Assembly (NCBI GenBank): GCA_040880105.1 | Contig: JBBDJA010000010.1 | Location: 41,317-105,316, forward strand | Length of the DNA: 64,000 bases | Origin: Waddliaceae bacterium | Lineage (GTDB): Bacteria > Chlamydiota > Chlamydiia > Chlamydiales > SLOH01 | Reading direction: 5' to 3' | Shown: positions 45,108-55,802 of the stretch, piece by piece | How positions within the stretch are numbered: the stretch's first letter is position 1 | How the letters are laid out: the number at the start of each line of letters is the position of its first letter | Notes under the pieces: model-generated | Seen by the model: the letters and a program-made list of their open reading frames with translations, nothing else | Told to the model about the DNA's origin: nothing | Databases searched by the model: none | Program-made: the position numbers and the translations under genes

Positions 45108-46093
45108 ATACCCAGACTATAGAAATCCGAGAAGCCATTCGCCAAGCGATTGATGAGGAGATGGCGCGTGATGATAAAGTATTTGTCATGGGCGAAGAGG
45201 TCGGACAATACAATGGAGCCTATAAAATCACAAAAGGCTTACTCGACAAATGGGGCCCCGAACGTATCGTAGACACCCCAATTTCAGAGCTTGGGTTTGC
45301 CGGAGTCGGTATCGGAGCTGCCATGTGCGGCCTTAGGCCCATAGTTGAATTCATGAGTTTTAATTTCTCATTTGTTGCAGCCGATCAATTAATCTCAAAT
45401 GCTCCCAAAATGTATTACATGTCCGGAGAGCGCTTTTCAGTCCCGATTGTATTTCGCGGCCCAAATGGCGCTGCGGCTCAAGTCTCTTGTCAACACTCGC
45501 ACTGTGTGGAGGCAATTTACAGCAATATCCCAGGGTTAATTGTAATAGCTCCAAGTAATGCCTATGATTATAAAGGGCTGTTAAAATCAGCAATTCGGAA
45601 TAACAACCCTGTGCTATTTCTTGAGTGCGAACTTGATTATGGCAAAAAAATGGAGATCCCGACAGATGAGTACTTAGTGCCAATCGGAAAGGCCAAGGTG
45701 GTTCAAGAGGGAAGTGACATTACGATTGTCTCCCATGGAAGCGTTGTAAAAGTCTGTTTAGATGCCGCAAAAGAACTTGCAAAAAGAGGGGTAAAGGCAG
45801 AAGTAATAGATCTTCGCACCATAAAGCCCTTAGATATTGCTACCGTGGCGCAGTCGATTCGGAAAACAAACCGCGCAGTCCTTGTTGAAGAGGGCCATAT
45901 CTTTACAGGTATCAGCGCTGAGGTCGGTTTCCAAGTTATGGAGCACTGCTTTGACTTTCTCGATGCTCCATTGTATCGAGTATGTCAGCGTGAAACGCCG
46001 ATGCCATATTCGGTACCCCTAGAACACGCCACGCTCCCAAATGTCAAGCGCATTCTTTCTCAAGCACTAAAATGCATGGGAATCCCTGAGTAG
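45104..46093 (+). CDS. pdhB: Pyruvate dehydrogenase E1 beta subunit
   Basis: ATGA overlap with pdhA. ..VFVMGEEVGQYNGAYKITKGL..GPERIVDTPISE... Confidence 0.95.
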   Translation: MNTQTIEIREAIRQAIDEEMARDDKVFVMGEEVGQYNGAYKITKGLLDKWGPERIVDTPISELGFAGVGIGAAMCGLRPIVEFMSFNFSFVAADQLISNAPKMYYMSGERFSVPIVFRGPNGAAAQVSCQHSHCVEAIYSNIPGLIVIAPSNAYDYKGLLKSAIRNNNPVLFLECELDYGKKMEIPTDEYLVPIGKAKVVQEGSDITIVSHGSVVKVCLDAAKELAKRGVKAEVIDLRTIKPLDIATVAQSIRKTNRAVLVEEGHIFTGISAEVGFQVMEHCFDFLDAPLYRVCQRETPMPYSVPLEHATLPNVKRILSQALKCMGIPE

Positions 46094-46218
46094 GGCGAAT
46101 AAAATGCTTAAAAGTCTCATTTTTATCAGGGCTTCATTTCCTGATTTTATAAGAGTAAAAAAAAGTGGAAAATAACGCGAGCTGACGCTAAGATTGCCTT
46201 TCAAACAGGAGAGAACGT

Positions 46219-47511
46219 ATGCCCTTTACAGTGACGATGCCAAAGCTTTCACCCACGATGGAAAAGGGTGTCATTGTAAAATGGCATAAAAAAGAAGGCG
46301 AGTATGTCGAGTCCGGCGATCTATTAATTGAGATTAGTACAGATAAAGCAACCGTTGAACATGAGGCGCTTGATCCCGGCTGGCTTAAGAAAATCGTTCG
46401 CAAAGAAGGCGATGAGGCAAACGTGAATGACCCGCTTGCTATCTTTACTGAAGAAAAAGATCAGTCCATTGAAAATTATGAGTATCAAAGCGTCCAGACA
46501 AAACAAGAGAAAGTAGAAGAAAAAGAGGCGAGTGAAGGGGAAGTACCTTCACCTAAAAAGCAAAAGGAAACCGTTGGCTTGCAGCAACCTGCTTTTGTTC
46601 CGGAAGCCCCGCTAGAAGAGTACCAATTTGCCTTCCCAAGAGAACAGATTCAAGATCGTATCAAAGCATCCCCGCTCGCACGTAAAATTGCAGAAGAAAA
46701 GGGACTTGACCTGACATCCGTAAAGGGGACCGGACCGGGAGGAAGAGTCGTTGAAAAAGATCTTTCGAAGGCACAAACGCTTGGCCCGGCGCAGTTTAAT
46801 AGAAAAGAAATTCCAACAATTCCACCCGGCACCTTTAAAGAAGAACCTCTATCACAGATACGAAAAGTAGTAGCCGAGCGATTACAAAGCTCAAAGACCT
46901 TTATCCCACATTTTTACGTCCACCAGACAGTAGATGCAAGCGGCTTGGTTCAACTGTATCAACAGCTAAAAGAGCTTGGAATTAAGGTTACCTATAATGA
47001 TCTTGTTGTCCGCGCGTGCGCGCTTGCTTTGCGCGAGTTTCCTGAAGTCAATTCCGGTTACAACAGTGTGAATCAAACCTTTATTCGGTATCAAACAGTA
47101 GATATTTCTGTTGCCGTTGATACGCCTGAGGGATTAATCACCCCGATTATCCGCCATGCCGATTATAAAAATCTTGCTGAAATTTCGGCGGAGACAAAAG
47201 AGCTTGCGTTGCGGGCACGGGCTGGAAGTTTGAAACTTCATGAGTTTAAAGGCGGTTCATTTTCTGTATCCAACCTTGGGATGTTTGGGGTCAGTTCTTT
47301 TGAAGCTGTGATCAACCCACCGCAAGCAGCAATCTGCGCAGTTGGCGGTATAGAAGAGACTCCTGTTGTAAAAGACGGAAGTATTATACCTGGAAAAACG
47401 CTAAAGCTCTCATTCTCTTTCGATCATCGTGTCATCGACGGCGCTCTTGGAGCTAAATTTGTTAAAGCCGTCCAGCGTTTGATTGAACAGCCGATTACAT
47501 TGGCAATATGA
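46219..47511 (+). CDS. pdhC: Dihydrolipoamide acetyltransferase (E2)
   Basis: Has a lipoyl domain (..EISTDKATVEHEA..), a subunit-binding domain (..ASPLARKIAEEKGLDL..) and the catalytic motif ..FDHRVIDGA... Confidence 0.95.
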   Translation: MPFTVTMPKLSPTMEKGVIVKWHKKEGEYVESGDLLIEISTDKATVEHEALDPGWLKKIVRKEGDEANVNDPLAIFTEEKDQSIENYEYQSVQTKQEKVEEKEASEGEVPSPKKQKETVGLQQPAFVPEAPLEEYQFAFPREQIQDRIKASPLARKIAEEKGLDLTSVKGTGPGGRVVEKDLSKAQTLGPAQFNRKEIPTIPPGTFKEEPLSQIRKVVAERLQSSKTFIPHFYVHQTVDASGLVQLYQQLKELGIKVTYNDLVVRACALALREFPEVNSGYNSVNQTFIRYQTVDISVAVDTPEGLITPIIRHADYKNLAEISAETKELALRARAGSLKLHEFKGGSFSVSNLGMFGVSSFEAVINPPQAAICAVGGIEETPVVKDGSIIPGKTLKLSFSFDHRVIDGALGAKFVKAVQRLIEQPITLAI

Positions 47512-47543
47512 AAAATTGAACCATTCTGTATATAATCTAGCGT

Positions 47544-48140
47544 ATGAAATATCCAAATCACCTTCTTCAAATTATTGATGTACTGAAATTTTTTCCGGGC
47601 GTGGGTGGGAAAACCGCTGAGCGCTACGCGTTCGATCTTCTGGAATGGAGCCCTGAGCACCTAAAACGTCTCACACAAGCTGTTAAAGAGATTCCCGAAA
47701 AGTTAAAGTCATGCAGTGAGTGCTCCGCTTTGATTAGTGAAAATGAATGCCCATATTGCACTGAAGAGCGTCAATCCACAAAAAATATCTGTGTGATCGC
47801 AACAAAGCGCGATCTGTTTTCAATCGAACAAACAGGGGAGTACAACGGGCTCTACCATGTACTTGGCGGCTTGCTTTCTCCACTTGAGGGGATTGGTCCT
47901 GAGGCAATTGCCTTGAAACAGCTGCGTAAGCGTATTTTTGACTACCAACTTTCTGAAGTTGTTATCGCCTTAGACTCAACGCTAGAAGGCGATGCGACAG
48001 CTCTATATATCAAGGAAGAACTTTCAGATCTTTCAGTAAAATTTTCACGGATTGCCTTTGGTGTGCCTATGGGAAGTTCTCTTGATTATGTGGACGGGGG
48101 AACATTAGCGAGAGCTTTTTCCGGAAGAAGACAATTTTAG
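47544..48140 (+). CDS. recR: Recombination protein RecR
   Basis: ..LKFFPGVGGKTAERYAF.., zinc finger CSECSALISENECPYC, and a Toprim domain. Confidence 0.95.
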   Translation: MKYPNHLLQIIDVLKFFPGVGGKTAERYAFDLLEWSPEHLKRLTQAVKEIPEKLKSCSECSALISENECPYCTEERQSTKNICVIATKRDLFSIEQTGEYNGLYHVLGGLLSPLEGIGPEAIALKQLRKRIFDYQLSEVVIALDSTLEGDATALYIKEELSDLSVKFSRIAFGVPMGSSLDYVDGGTLARAFSGRRQF

Positions 48141-48196
48141 ATTTGCTCTATTCAGTACGATCCTCTATACTTCTGTGCTTTCTGGGGAATGATAAT

Positions 48197-50551
48197 ATGC
48201 AATTAACAAGACCTATTTTATTAATTTTCTTCCTATTCACATTCGCTGTTGGATATGCGCAAGAGCGTTATGAAATTGAACGGGTAGAAATCGTTCACGG
48301 CAATCCTAGGATGATGGAGCAAATTGACCTGTACCCATACCAGTCGCGTTTGGGAACTCAAGAAGGCGCTTACTTCTCACAGGCTGAGTTTGATAAAGAT
48401 CTTAAGCTTTTGGTAGCAGATTTTGATAGAGTTGAACCGAATATTGATTTTGTTGATGGTAAGCTCGTCATTACAATTGAGGTTTGGACAAAGCCCTTTA
48501 TTCGTCAAATCCGCTTTGAAGGGAATCAAAAAATCGGAACTTCTAGGTTACTTAGCGAATTAGATATTACTCCTGGAACAGTTTTTGATCGCTTTGCATT
48601 CCATGAGGCATTTCATAAAGTTCGAACGCTCTATCTGCAAAAAGGATATTTTGAAGCAGAGATGGATTATCATGTTGAGTCGGATGAATTTGAGAACCAA
48701 GTCGATATTACAGTTTCTATCGATGAAGGCAAGTCTGGATATGTGAGAGACATCCTATTTACCAACTTTACAAATGCAGAGAGAGTTGCTGTCCTCGACT
48801 TAATGTTCACAAGCAAATACTTCTCTTTGATCAGTTGGCTGACATCTCATGGCGTTTACAACGAGGAGATGCTGCAGCAGGATCGCTATATCATTATCAA
48901 TTATCTCCAAAATCGCGGCTATGCAGATGTCAACGTTGAAATTGATATAACGGAAGATCCGAAAACCGGTCAACTACTTGTTCATATCACCGCGTTTAAA
49001 GGTCAAATTTATCGCTTTGGCGAGGTGACATTCGGTGGAAACTGCATCTTCTCTAATCAAGAGATCGCAGATCAAATTTGCATTAACTCAGGCGATGTCT
49101 ACTCTCCCGATCATTTAATTGAAGCGTCTGACCGCATCAGTCGACTCTATGGAAAGTGCGGGTATATCAACACATTTGTCACATTCGAGCCCCGTCTGAT
49201 TGCCGATCAATGCAGTTATAATGTGCATTTTTCAGTCGAAGAAGGTGAGCAATATCGAGTCGGGATGATTAAAGTATTTGGAAATAGCTGTACTCAAACC
49301 AAAGTCATCCTCCATGAAACGCTATTGGTTCCGGGTCAGGTATTCAATATAGATAAAATGCGTGCGACTGAGATCAGACTTTTAAACACCGGCTTTTTTA
49401 AATGTGTCAACGTCTACCCTGTAGAGTCTCAAGGTGTGCTTGAAGGGTGCGGAAATTACCGTGATGTTCATATCGAAGTAGAAGAGACCGGAACTGGACA
49501 CTTTGGAATTTCAGCCGGATTTAGTACGAGTGAAAATCTTTTTGCCGCGATTAACATCACTGAAAAGAACTTCAATATCGCAGGCGTTCCAGCTGCTTTT
49601 AGAGGTGATTATAGCAATCTTCGAGGGGGCGGTGAGTACTTTAGTATCTTAACTCAGCAAGGGCTTGAAGCAAGTTCTTATGGGATCTCCTGGACGAAGC
49701 CTCATTTTATGGACACGCCTTGGACTCTCGGTTTTGATATAGACTATTCTACATCCGACTATACCTCAAACGCATATGACATCGACGCTTGGGGATTCTC
49801 TTTCCATTCACATTACTGTCTAGATAAGTTTTGGAAGCTTGGGCTGCATTATCGCTTGCGAGATAGTCACATTCACTTGCAGACAGATAATCCTTCCAAG
49901 GAATTAGAGAGACAGGTGAAGAATTCAGGCCTGATTACCGCTATGGGAGCCTCATTTGTCCATAACACAACAAATAGCATCGCATGTCCGACTAGCGGCG
50001 TTAAAATGAATTGGAGTGTTGAAGCGGCAGGTGCCCCCGGTGATCACAATTTCCTATCGGCTGCTTTTTTAAATACTGTATACTTTAATGTGTATGATTT
50101 TGCGATTTTAAAAGTGAGAGCCGACTATCGTTTCTTGCATCCGTTGAACGGCACAACAGTCGATGATATTCCGATCGATGAGAGATTTTTCTTAGGGGGC
50201 GCATACGAAGTTAGAGGATATAAACCTTACTATCTTGGACCTAAATATGAAAATTCGGCAGGAAAGGATGATATTCCAGCCGGAGGGGTTTCAATGGAGC
50301 TCTTTTCCATTGAATTGTATAAACCAATCACTTCGATATTTGAGCCTTTTGTCTTTTTTGATGCCGGTGGACTATCCGATCAAGTATGGGACTACGGAGT
50401 AAACAAAAAAGCGGCTTACGGGATTGGAGCGCGCCTAAGCTTAATGCCCGGCAATCCGCCGGTTACTATTGGGTATGGTTGGGTTATTAATGAGATTGAA
50501 GAAGATAACGATGTAAAGCACTTCTTCCTGACCTTAGGGGGAAGATTCTAA
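48197..50551 (+). CDS. bamA: Outer membrane protein assembly factor BamA (Omp85)
   Basis: ATG 48197 gives the signal peptide MQLTRPILLIFFLFTFAVGYAQ; the track TTG 48143 is unlikely. Has POTRA repeats and a C-terminal barrel ending ..HFFLTLGGRF. Confidence 0.93.
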   Translation: MQLTRPILLIFFLFTFAVGYAQERYEIERVEIVHGNPRMMEQIDLYPYQSRLGTQEGAYFSQAEFDKDLKLLVADFDRVEPNIDFVDGKLVITIEVWTKPFIRQIRFEGNQKIGTSRLLSELDITPGTVFDRFAFHEAFHKVRTLYLQKGYFEAEMDYHVESDEFENQVDITVSIDEGKSGYVRDILFTNFTNAERVAVLDLMFTSKYFSLISWLTSHGVYNEEMLQQDRYIIINYLQNRGYADVNVEIDITEDPKTGQLLVHITAFKGQIYRFGEVTFGGNCIFSNQEIADQICINSGDVYSPDHLIEASDRISRLYGKCGYINTFVTFEPRLIADQCSYNVHFSVEEGEQYRVGMIKVFGNSCTQTKVILHETLLVPGQVFNIDKMRATEIRLLNTGFFKCVNVYPVESQGVLEGCGNYRDVHIEVEETGTGHFGISAGFSTSENLFAAINITEKNFNIAGVPAAFRGDYSNLRGGGEYFSILTQQGLEASSYGISWTKPHFMDTPWTLGFDIDYSTSDYTSNAYDIDAWGFSFHSHYCLDKFWKLGLHYRLRDSHIHLQTDNPSKELERQVKNSGLITAMGASFVHNTTNSIACPTSGVKMNWSVEAAGAPGDHNFLSAAFLNTVYFNVYDFAILKVRADYRFLHPLNGTTVDDIPIDERFFLGGAYEVRGYKPYYLGPKYENSAGKDDIPAGGVSMELFSIELYKPITSIFEPFVFFDAGGLSDQVWDYGVNKKAAYGIGARLSLMPGNPPVTIGYGWVINEIEEDNDVKHFFLTLGGRF

Positions 50552-50572
50552 GTTTTAAACGAAAGGAGAATC

Positions 50573-51103
50573 ATGATGAAAACAAAAAAAATACCGTTAA
50601 TCCTATTCATTGCCTGTGCAATGCTTTCATTTTCTGCAGCGTCTGCGAAAGAAGTGAAAGTGGGATACGTGGACTTTAAAAAATGCGTTGAAAATTCACG
50701 CCAAGGAAAAGATGAGCTCAATAACTTTGAGACCATGAAAAAGCAGATGGACGAACTGCTATCATCTAAAGAAAAGGAGCTAAAGGAAGTAGCCGCTAAA
50801 CTTAGCGACCCTGACTATCTTGACAGCTTGTCTCAAACAGCAGAAGCTGAACTTAAGCATAAAGGAAGAACGCTTAGCCAAGAGATGTCGCGCGCACAAA
50901 ATGAGTATTATCAAATGTTGCAGCAAGCAAACATGAAGGTGATGCAAATCATTCAAGATCATGTATCAAGTGCTTCAGAAAAAGTGGCACAAGCAAAAAG
51001 CTATGACTTTATTTTAAGAGACGGCTCTGTTTTTTATGCAAACCCAACACACGATATTACAAATCTTGTCGTTGAGCAAATGGATAAAGATTATAAAAAA
51101 TAA
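50573..51103 (+). CDS. skp: Periplasmic chaperone Skp/OmpH
   Basis: Signal peptide, then ..VGYVDFKKCVENSRQGK.., in the conserved bamA-skp-lpxD order. Confidence 0.9.
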   Translation: MMKTKKIPLILFIACAMLSFSAASAKEVKVGYVDFKKCVENSRQGKDELNNFETMKKQMDELLSSKEKELKEVAAKLSDPDYLDSLSQTAEAELKHKGRTLSQEMSRAQNEYYQMLQQANMKVMQIIQDHVSSASEKVAQAKSYDFILRDGSVFYANPTHDITNLVVEQMDKDYKK

Positions 51104-52140
51104 TGGATGCGTTAACACTTAATCAAATAGCAGAGCTAACGCACTCTAAAATACACGGTGACCCCCAAAAAAATATCACCGGCGTCTCTGACTTGAAATC
51201 AGCAAAGAGGCAACACGCCTCTTTTGTTGCAAGTCAGGACTTCTACAAAGCAATGCTTCAATCTGAAGCGGGGGTCATCTTTGCACCTTATAATATGAAA
51301 CTACCCGAAGGGAAAGATTTTCTGCTTAATGAAAACCCATCTCGCGCGTTTCAGACAGTAGCGGAACACTTTCAAGGATTATCTTGTGACCGAAGCTCCG
51401 CCTTCCAGGGAGTTCATGACACTGCTGTTATTCATCCCTCATCAATTGTCGAAGAAAATGTCACAATCGGACCAAAAGCTGTTATTGATCGAGACTGTTT
51501 CATTGGCGCCGGTACATTTATCGGAGCCGGTTGCTATATCGGTTTGGAAACGCGCATAGGAAATGACTGTCTCATTCATCCAAATGTGACGATACGCGAA
51601 AAAACAGTCATCGGCAATCGCGTGAATCTACAGCCGGGAGTTGTTATTGGAGGCTGCGGCTTTGGATTTCAAACAGACGCTAAGGGCAATCATCATAAGA
51701 TCAGTCAAATTGGCATTGTAGTAATTGAAGATGACGTTGAGATAGGCTCTAACACTACCGTCTGCCGGGCGCGATTTGGAGAGACAGTCATCGGTCAAGG
51801 AACAAAGATAGATACCCTCGTTGTGATCGGGCACGGCGTCAAACTTGGACCGAATAACTTAATTGTCGGACAAGCAGGTATTGCCGGATCCTCGAAGACA
51901 GGGCGAAATGTTGTCTTAGCCGGACATGTCGCAGTGAAAGAGCAGGTGGAACTTGCCGATGGGGTTATTATAACCGGAAAGAGCGGGGTCTCAAAATCGA
52001 TTACCAAAGCGGGTCCCTACGGCGGCATACCGGCAGTCCCTCTTAAAGAACACCATCGAACCAATGTCCATATCCGCAATTTAGGTAAACTATTCGAGGA
52101 AGTTAAAGAGATTAAATTAAAACTGGAGAAACTTATATGA
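51103..52140 (+). CDS. lpxD: UDP-3-O-acylglucosamine N-acyltransferase
   Basis: Hexapeptide-repeat (left-handed beta-helix) core ..IGNDCLIHPNVTIREKTVIGNRVNLQPGVVIGGCGFGF... TAATG overlap with skp. Confidence 0.94.
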   Translation: MDALTLNQIAELTHSKIHGDPQKNITGVSDLKSAKRQHASFVASQDFYKAMLQSEAGVIFAPYNMKLPEGKDFLLNENPSRAFQTVAEHFQGLSCDRSSAFQGVHDTAVIHPSSIVEENVTIGPKAVIDRDCFIGAGTFIGAGCYIGLETRIGNDCLIHPNVTIREKTVIGNRVNLQPGVVIGGCGFGFQTDAKGNHHKISQIGIVVIEDDVEIGSNTTVCRARFGETVIGQGTKIDTLVVIGHGVKLGPNNLIVGQAGIAGSSKTGRNVVLAGHVAVKEQVELADGVIITGKSGVSKSITKAGPYGGIPAVPLKEHHRTNVHIRNLGKLFEEVKEIKLKLEKLI

Positions 52141-52694
52141 GCATCGGAAGAATGTGTCTATTTCCTTTTAGACCCCAAGTCAACTCCTCTTTTTTAAGAA
52201 CTCCTGTCAATTTTCAAAGTCGCCTTGTCAATCACTTCTCAATGCAACAAGCAGCGCCCGATATCAGGTTTCGTAACATTTGGATTGGCGCTTCAGATTC
52301 TTTAGAAGCAAGATACAATCTTAAAGGGGTTGCTGGCTTGACTAAAGAAGAATTGAAGAAAGCACCAAAAAAACTGTATCGTGACATGATGTACTATGCA
52401 GAGCACGGTCATGCAGCTCAGATTATAGAAGCAAATCAAAGATTTAAAAAATGCATTAAATACACAGTCGCGACAAGGGCTAAAAAGCGACGCAGCAAAG
52501 CAAGTGTAAATGGTCCTGTGTATGATCTTATGCGTTGGAAGTTTGAAAGATCCGAAGTAGAGAATATTTATAGATCTATGAGATACTCATCACTCATCCT
52601 TAGGGGGCAATTTCGATATGGAGAATCATCAAAGTTTCTAAAATTTTCAAATGAGTTAATCGGGAGAGACAACGCTGAAGTCGATTTAATTTGA
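52137..52694 (+). CDS. Hypothetical basic protein (185 aa), translationally coupled to lpxD
   Basis: ATGA overlap with the lpxD stop. Lys/Arg-rich, with no signal peptide and no recognised motif. Confidence 0.6.
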   Translation: MSIGRMCLFPFRPQVNSSFLRTPVNFQSRLVNHFSMQQAAPDIRFRNIWIGASDSLEARYNLKGVAGLTKEELKKAPKKLYRDMMYYAEHGHAAQIIEANQRFKKCIKYTVATRAKKRRSKASVNGPVYDLMRWKFERSEVENIYRSMRYSSLILRGQFRYGESSKFLKFSNELIGRDNAEVDLI

Positions 52695-52822
52695 AACGAT
52701 ACTCTTGCTCTCAACCCCTGTAATAGGACTTACGCTCCAATGATATGTTGGCGAATTTCGAAATGAGAAACCACTCAAAATTTTAATACTTCAAGATGCA
52801 CAACTGTTAAGATCACTTAGTA

Positions 52823-53887
52823 TTAAACGATAATCCCGCTACCAAGGCAAACGTCGCCTTTATAGAAAACAACTGCTTGTCTAGGGGTAATCGCACGCTC
52901 GGGATTTGCGAACTTCACTTTTGCTACACCATTCTCAATCGATTCAATGATGCACGAGACATCATTTTGCCGGTACCTGACTTTACAACTACAAGCAAAT
53001 GGGAGTGTATCTAGACTATTTGGAGAGATCCAGTTTAACTCGTTTGCAAGAAGACCTTCTTTATACAGGGCCGGGTGATTCTCACCTTGAACGACAACGA
53101 CGCGGTTTAGTGATAAATCCTTATCGACAACAAACCACGGATCTCCCGCGCCTCCGATACCAAGACCTCGCCTTTGACCAATCGTATAAAAGGGTGCCCC
53201 GTCATGGCGCCCGACCACTTCACCTTCGGGGGTAATGAACTCTCCCGGCTCTGTTTGGACATACTGGCTTACAAATTCTTTAAAGTTGCGTTTACCGATG
53301 AAGCAGATTCCTGTACTGTCTCTTTTCTCCGATGTTGCAAGGCCATGGGTTCTGGCCAGTTCCCTTACCTCACTTTTCATAAGATCTCCAATGGGGAAAA
53401 GAACGTGATTGAGTGCGTTTCCGTTAATGGATGCAAGGAAGTAGCTTTGGTCTTTATTCGGGTCTTTTCCTCTTAGAAGTTGCGGATTTGCGCCCTCCAT
53501 TCCAATCCGGCAGTAATGGCCCGTCGCAAGCTTACTTGCGCCTAGTTCTAGCGCCTTATCTAAAAAGACCTGAAATTTAATTTCTCGATTGCATAGAAGA
53601 TCGGGATTAGGCGTCAAACCTTGTTTTAGATCAGAGATGAAAGGCTCGAAGACGCTTTTCCAGTACTCTTGAACAAAGTTTACGCCGTAGTACGGAATAT
53701 CAAGCGTTTCACAGACGCGGACGACATCCTCATAATCACGTGTCGATTGACACACCCCGTTTGCATCCTTCTCTTCCCAGTTTTTCATGAAGAGTCCGAT
53801 CACATGATAGCCTTGTTGCTTTAGTAAGAGCGCGGCAACAGAGGAGTCAACGCCACCGGACATTCCGACGCAAATTGTTTCTTTCAT
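52823..53887 (-). CDS. mnmA: tRNA-specific 2-thiouridylase
   Basis: ..VGMSGGVDSSVAALLL.. PP-loop and ..ATGHYCR... Confidence 0.95.
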   Translation of the reverse strand: MKETICVGMSGGVDSSVAALLLKQQGYHVIGLFMKNWEEKDANGVCQSTRDYEDVVRVCETLDIPYYGVNFVQEYWKSVFEPFISDLKQGLTPNPDLLCNREIKFQVFLDKALELGASKLATGHYCRIGMEGANPQLLRGKDPNKDQSYFLASINGNALNHVLFPIGDLMKSEVRELARTHGLATSEKRDSTGICFIGKRNFKEFVSQYVQTEPGEFITPEGEVVGRHDGAPFYTIGQRRGLGIGGAGDPWFVVDKDLSLNRVVVVQGENHPALYKEGLLANELNWISPNSLDTLPFACSCKVRYRQNDVSCIIESIENGVAKVKFANPERAITPRQAVVFYKGDVCLGSGIIV

Positions 53888-53914
53888 TGTAATTCACTTT
53901 TAAAGTTCTAAAGT

Positions 53915-55120
53915 TTAAGCGATTACAGATTTTTTTTCAACAACAGCAACCATTTGACAGCAAGCGGCATTACTTGCAACATTTGTCATTGTACGAATCA
54001 TATCTAAAAGACGCTCGACCGGAAGGAGAAGGGCAATTGCCGATTCAGCCCCCGTGACTCCAATGGATTGCAAGATCATGATAATGATGACAAGCGAGGC
54101 TGATGGAATCCCGGTCACCATACCCCACGATGTAAAAAAGCACATGATACCAATTGTTAGGTAGGTAGAAAATGTGAGCTCAACGCCCATTGTGCCCGCT
54201 AAAAATGGAACAGCAGTCGCGCAGTATGCAGCCGTTCCGGCCAAATTCATGGAAGTCCCAAGAGGAAGAACAAAACTGCAAATACGTGCAGGGAGACCTG
54301 CCTCTTCAAGAGATTGAAGCGTAACAGGAAGAGTTGCAGCAGTTGAGCTTGTTGTGAATGCTGTAATTAGCGGCTTTAGTATAGATTGATAGAACCTGAA
54401 AGGTGAGACCTTGTGCATGAGCAAAAGAGAGGGGATAATTACCAACAGAACAAGAAGTTGGGCGAGGAGCGCCTGAGTAAAAAAATAGAGGACAGGGCCG
54501 ATCATACTCGCTCCGGTTTCAGAAACAGCCTTTGCAATCAGACCAAAAACGCCAATCGGAAGAAACTTCATAATGATCATTGTCATTTCCATCATGATCT
54601 GAAAACTTCCTTGCCAGAATTGAGAGACGACCTCTTTAACACCGCTTTTGAGTTTATTAATACAGATGCCGAAAAGAAAAGAAAAACCGATCAACCCAAG
54701 TAATTTACCTTGAGATGCAGCTGCAAAGAGATTTGAGGGGATTAAGGAGAGAAGGATTTCATAAAATCTAGCAGATAAGCTGATCTCTTGAATGGACTCA
54801 CTATAACTTGCAGCTAAAGGAACGACATTTAAAGAAAAAAGCATCACAACAAGAAGAGCAAAAATAACAGAAAAAAAGCTCGTCAAATAAAAGGACCGAA
54901 ATGTCACAAGTGCGATCTTCCCAACCGATTGTTCTTGTCCAAGCTTCATTGCGCCTGTAATAATCGACGAGACAACGAGGGGTAAAACAACAAGCGTCAG
55001 AGCATTTAGAAAAAGTTTTCCTATCAGATCGTAAATCTCAAATATAAGCGAATCTGAGGGAGTGACGCTTCCGGCAGCGATCGCTAAAAACATAGAAAGA
55101 AAAATGAGTTTGAGTTTCAC
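53915..55120 (-). CDS. Dicarboxylate/amino acid:cation symporter (DAACS/GltP family)
   Basis: ..AFTTSSTAATLPVTL.. (SSxATLP-type motif). About 8-10 hydrophobic segments. GTG start. Confidence 0.85.
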   Translation of the reverse strand: MKLKLIFLSMFLAIAAGSVTPSDSLIFEIYDLIGKLFLNALTLVVLPLVVSSIITGAMKLGQEQSVGKIALVTFRSFYLTSFFSVIFALLVVMLFSLNVVPLAASYSESIQEISLSARFYEILLSLIPSNLFAAASQGKLLGLIGFSFLFGICINKLKSGVKEVVSQFWQGSFQIMMEMTMIIMKFLPIGVFGLIAKAVSETGASMIGPVLYFFTQALLAQLLVLLVIIPSLLLMHKVSPFRFYQSILKPLITAFTTSSTAATLPVTLQSLEEAGLPARICSFVLPLGTSMNLAGTAAYCATAVPFLAGTMGVELTFSTYLTIGIMCFFTSWGMVTGIPSASLVIIIMILQSIGVTGAESAIALLLPVERLLDMIRTMTNVASNAACCQMVAVVEKKSVIA

Positions 55121-55148
55121 TTGGGTTTCCTGAGCTAAACTTTTGATT

Positions 55149-55799
55149 TTAATGTACGTCTATTTCTCTTGCAAACGCAAAAGCGCGATCTCGAATTAAG
55201 CAAGCGTCGCATTTGCCGCACGGCATTTGGTTATATGGATCGTAACAACTGTGGGTCTTTTCAAGAGGTGCGTTTAGACGCATCCCTTCTTCAATAATCT
55301 CTTGCTTATTCAGACCGATCAATGGCGCTTGAATCAGGGGAGTCATTTTTTTGTTTCCGGCAAAAATCACTTGTTGGAAGGCCTGAATAAACTCAAGAGT
55401 GCAGTCAGGATAGGGAACTTCATCGACAGCTCCGACACCAATGTATATTTCCGAGGCGCCAATCGATTCAGCGTAACTTGTAGCAGATGCCAAAAAAAGT
55501 GTATTGCGTCCGGGCACAAAAGTGGGCGCGGTCGAGTCGCTGATCTCTTTCAGGCTGCGGTTTTTTGGAACTCGCTCACCTGTTAATAAAGGGTTTGGTG
55601 CAAAAAGAGCCGGATCGATTCGAATGCAAGTCAACGGAATCCCGTAGTGATCGGCAATTTTTTTTGCGGCCTGAATCTCAATTCTATGATTTTGATAATA
55701 ATCAAAACAAAGCGCGTAGCAGTCGATCTCCTTTTCAATCGCCTGTGCAAGGCACACAGTAGAGTCAACGCCTCCACTCAATAAAATGACAGCTTTCAT
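55149..55799 (-). CDS. queC: 7-cyano-7-deazaguanine synthase
   Basis: MKAVILLSGGVDSTVCLA.. PP-loop and a C-terminal Zn site ..SCYD..CGKCDACLIR... Confidence 0.93.
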   Translation of the reverse strand: MKAVILLSGGVDSTVCLAQAIEKEIDCYALCFDYYQNHRIEIQAAKKIADHYGIPLTCIRIDPALFAPNPLLTGERVPKNRSLKEISDSTAPTFVPGRNTLFLASATSYAESIGASEIYIGVGAVDEVPYPDCTLEFIQAFQQVIFAGNKKMTPLIQAPLIGLNKQEIIEEGMRLNAPLEKTHSCYDPYNQMPCGKCDACLIRDRAFAFAREIDVH

Positions 55800-55802
55800 C
55801 GG

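Noticed and set aside
48143-48196. TTG/GTG-extended N-termini offered by the ORF track (bamA 48143, queE 56480, 34192, atpE 7274, Zn-ribbon 5180, member C 3080)
   Set aside because: In each case a downstream ATG has a better SD, or yields a proper signal peptide or family-typical N-terminus. The extensions add implausible sequence.
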